DNA of 63,103 nt, filler included, from Squatina squatina (Eukaryota), in NCBI GenBank assembly GCA_031763465.1. It is 4 parts of 4 records of this genome, joined end to end, with 100 filler letters (N's around TTAATTAATTAA, not from the genome) between each part and the next. Parts side by side here need not be neighbours in the genome. Positions count along the whole stretch, not along the records: positions 50,669 to 63,103 come from JARFOE010000162.1; 3 more parts are not named here. One strand, 5' to 3'. The position numbers were made by a program, and so were the translations under genes. How positions within the stretch are numbered: position 1 is the stretch's first letter; each line of letters opens with the position of its first letter. The notes under the pieces are model-generated. The model was not told where the DNA came from. It worked only from the letters and a program-made list of their open reading frames with translations, and did no database searches. Of the stretch, positions 62,295 through 63,103 are shown piece after piece.

Positions 62295-62384
62295 CATGTG
62301 ATTTCCACGAATTGAGGCATGTGACTTCCAAGAATTGATCAGGTGACTTTCAATAATTAGGCCATGTGACTTCCAAGAATTGGC
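62295..62384 (+). repeat. 22-23-bp tandem repeat, 4 copies
   Basis: CATGTGACTTCCAAGAATTG(AGG)-like units at 62295, 62318, 62340 and 62363. Confidence 0.85.
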
Positions 62385-62580
62385 TGACAATTAAATATTA
62401 CTTTAAAATACAGAATTGACTTTATCTTTTAAACATTATAAACTTTTAAAATATTTGGAAAATGAAGAAACCTAACAGGGAGAAAACCCATGCACGCAAC
62501 TGACTTGTTTCTCTTTTCTGTCCAGTCATTGATTCTCCCAGCGACTCCCACCTCTAACTGTCTGGGATCTTTCTTTGTAG

Positions 62581-62712
62581 CATTATGCGATTTCTCGTTT
62601 CCAAGCGGAAGTTCAAGGAGAGCTTGCGGCCTTACGACGTCATGGATGTGATCGAGCAGTACTCTGCGGGACACTTGGATATGTTGTCCAGGATCAAGAA
62701 CCTGCAGTCCAG
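62581..62712 (+). CDS. KCNQ2: Kv7.2 potassium channel exon (helix B-C region)
   Basis: [43 protein letters not shown](R), 132 nt. The [10 protein letters not shown] residues are KCNQ2-type. Acceptor tttgtag; GC donor gcaagg. Confidence 0.92.
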
Positions 62713-62972
62713 GCAAGGGCCCGCTCTTATATTTAACACATTTCCCCCCACACTGTGCCCTCGACGAGCAGCTTCCCCCTCAGTACTTGTGAAGGACAAT
62801 TACCGACACGACACAGCACACTCGTCATTCACACACTTCACATTAGACAGATTGGAGTCCAGACAGTACCTAGTGTAATATATCGCTGATTGCTCTTGTT
62901 TCTTTCAGAAAATAACATTATGGGGATATAGTATGTAGACTGGAGCACAAATTCCAGGTTGACACTCCCAGT

Positions 62973-63103
62973 GCAGTAATGAGGGAGTGCTGCACTGTCG
63001 GAGGGGCAGAACTGAGGGAGCGCCATACTGTCGGAGGGACAGTACTGAGGGAGTGCTGCACTGTCGGAGGGGCAGTACTGAGGGAGTGCTGCACTGTCGG
63101 AGG
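62973..63103 (+). repeat. 33-bp tandem repeat (4 copies, runs off the window) inside a Deu-SINE
   Basis: GCAGTACTGAGGGAGTGCTGCACTGTCGGAGGG at 62973, 63006, 63039 and 63072. The unit occurs once in the other SINE copies (e.g. about 56057-56090). Confidence 0.9.

Overview
Vertebrate genomic DNA, very probably a shark or other cartilaginous fish (Deu-domain tRNA-SINEs, CR1/L2/RTE LINEs, Harbinger relics, a GPR139-like GPCR). The window is not one locus. Four pieces are joined by an artificial 44N-TTAATTAATTAA-44N linker at 20230, 34315 and 50613, and three of them are 1-3 kb contigs separated mostly by fixed 100-N gaps. Piece 1 (1-20185) is non-coding plus transposons. Piece 2 (20286-34270) holds transposons and three AGPAT4 exons. 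Piece 3 (34371-50568, gap-free) has CR1 debris, a 6.4-kb 49-bp satellite with higher-order structure and four fold-back inversions, and a two-exon GPR139-like pseudogene. Piece 4 (50669-63103) has single or few exons of TRPC4AP(-), a FER1L4-type ferlin(+), AHCY(-), EEF1A2(+), a DENND3-like gene(-) and KCNQ2(+). Several of these exons are missing from the ORF track and were read by hand from their splice sites. Gene names come from recalled protein sequences, not database searches, and transposon boundaries are approximate. Best leads: a DENND3 paralogue between EEF1A2 and KCNQ2, a ferlin terminal exon that stops before its membrane anchor, and the satellite's amplified palindromic junction. 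I found no CRISPR-like array and no demonstrably new multi-gene system.
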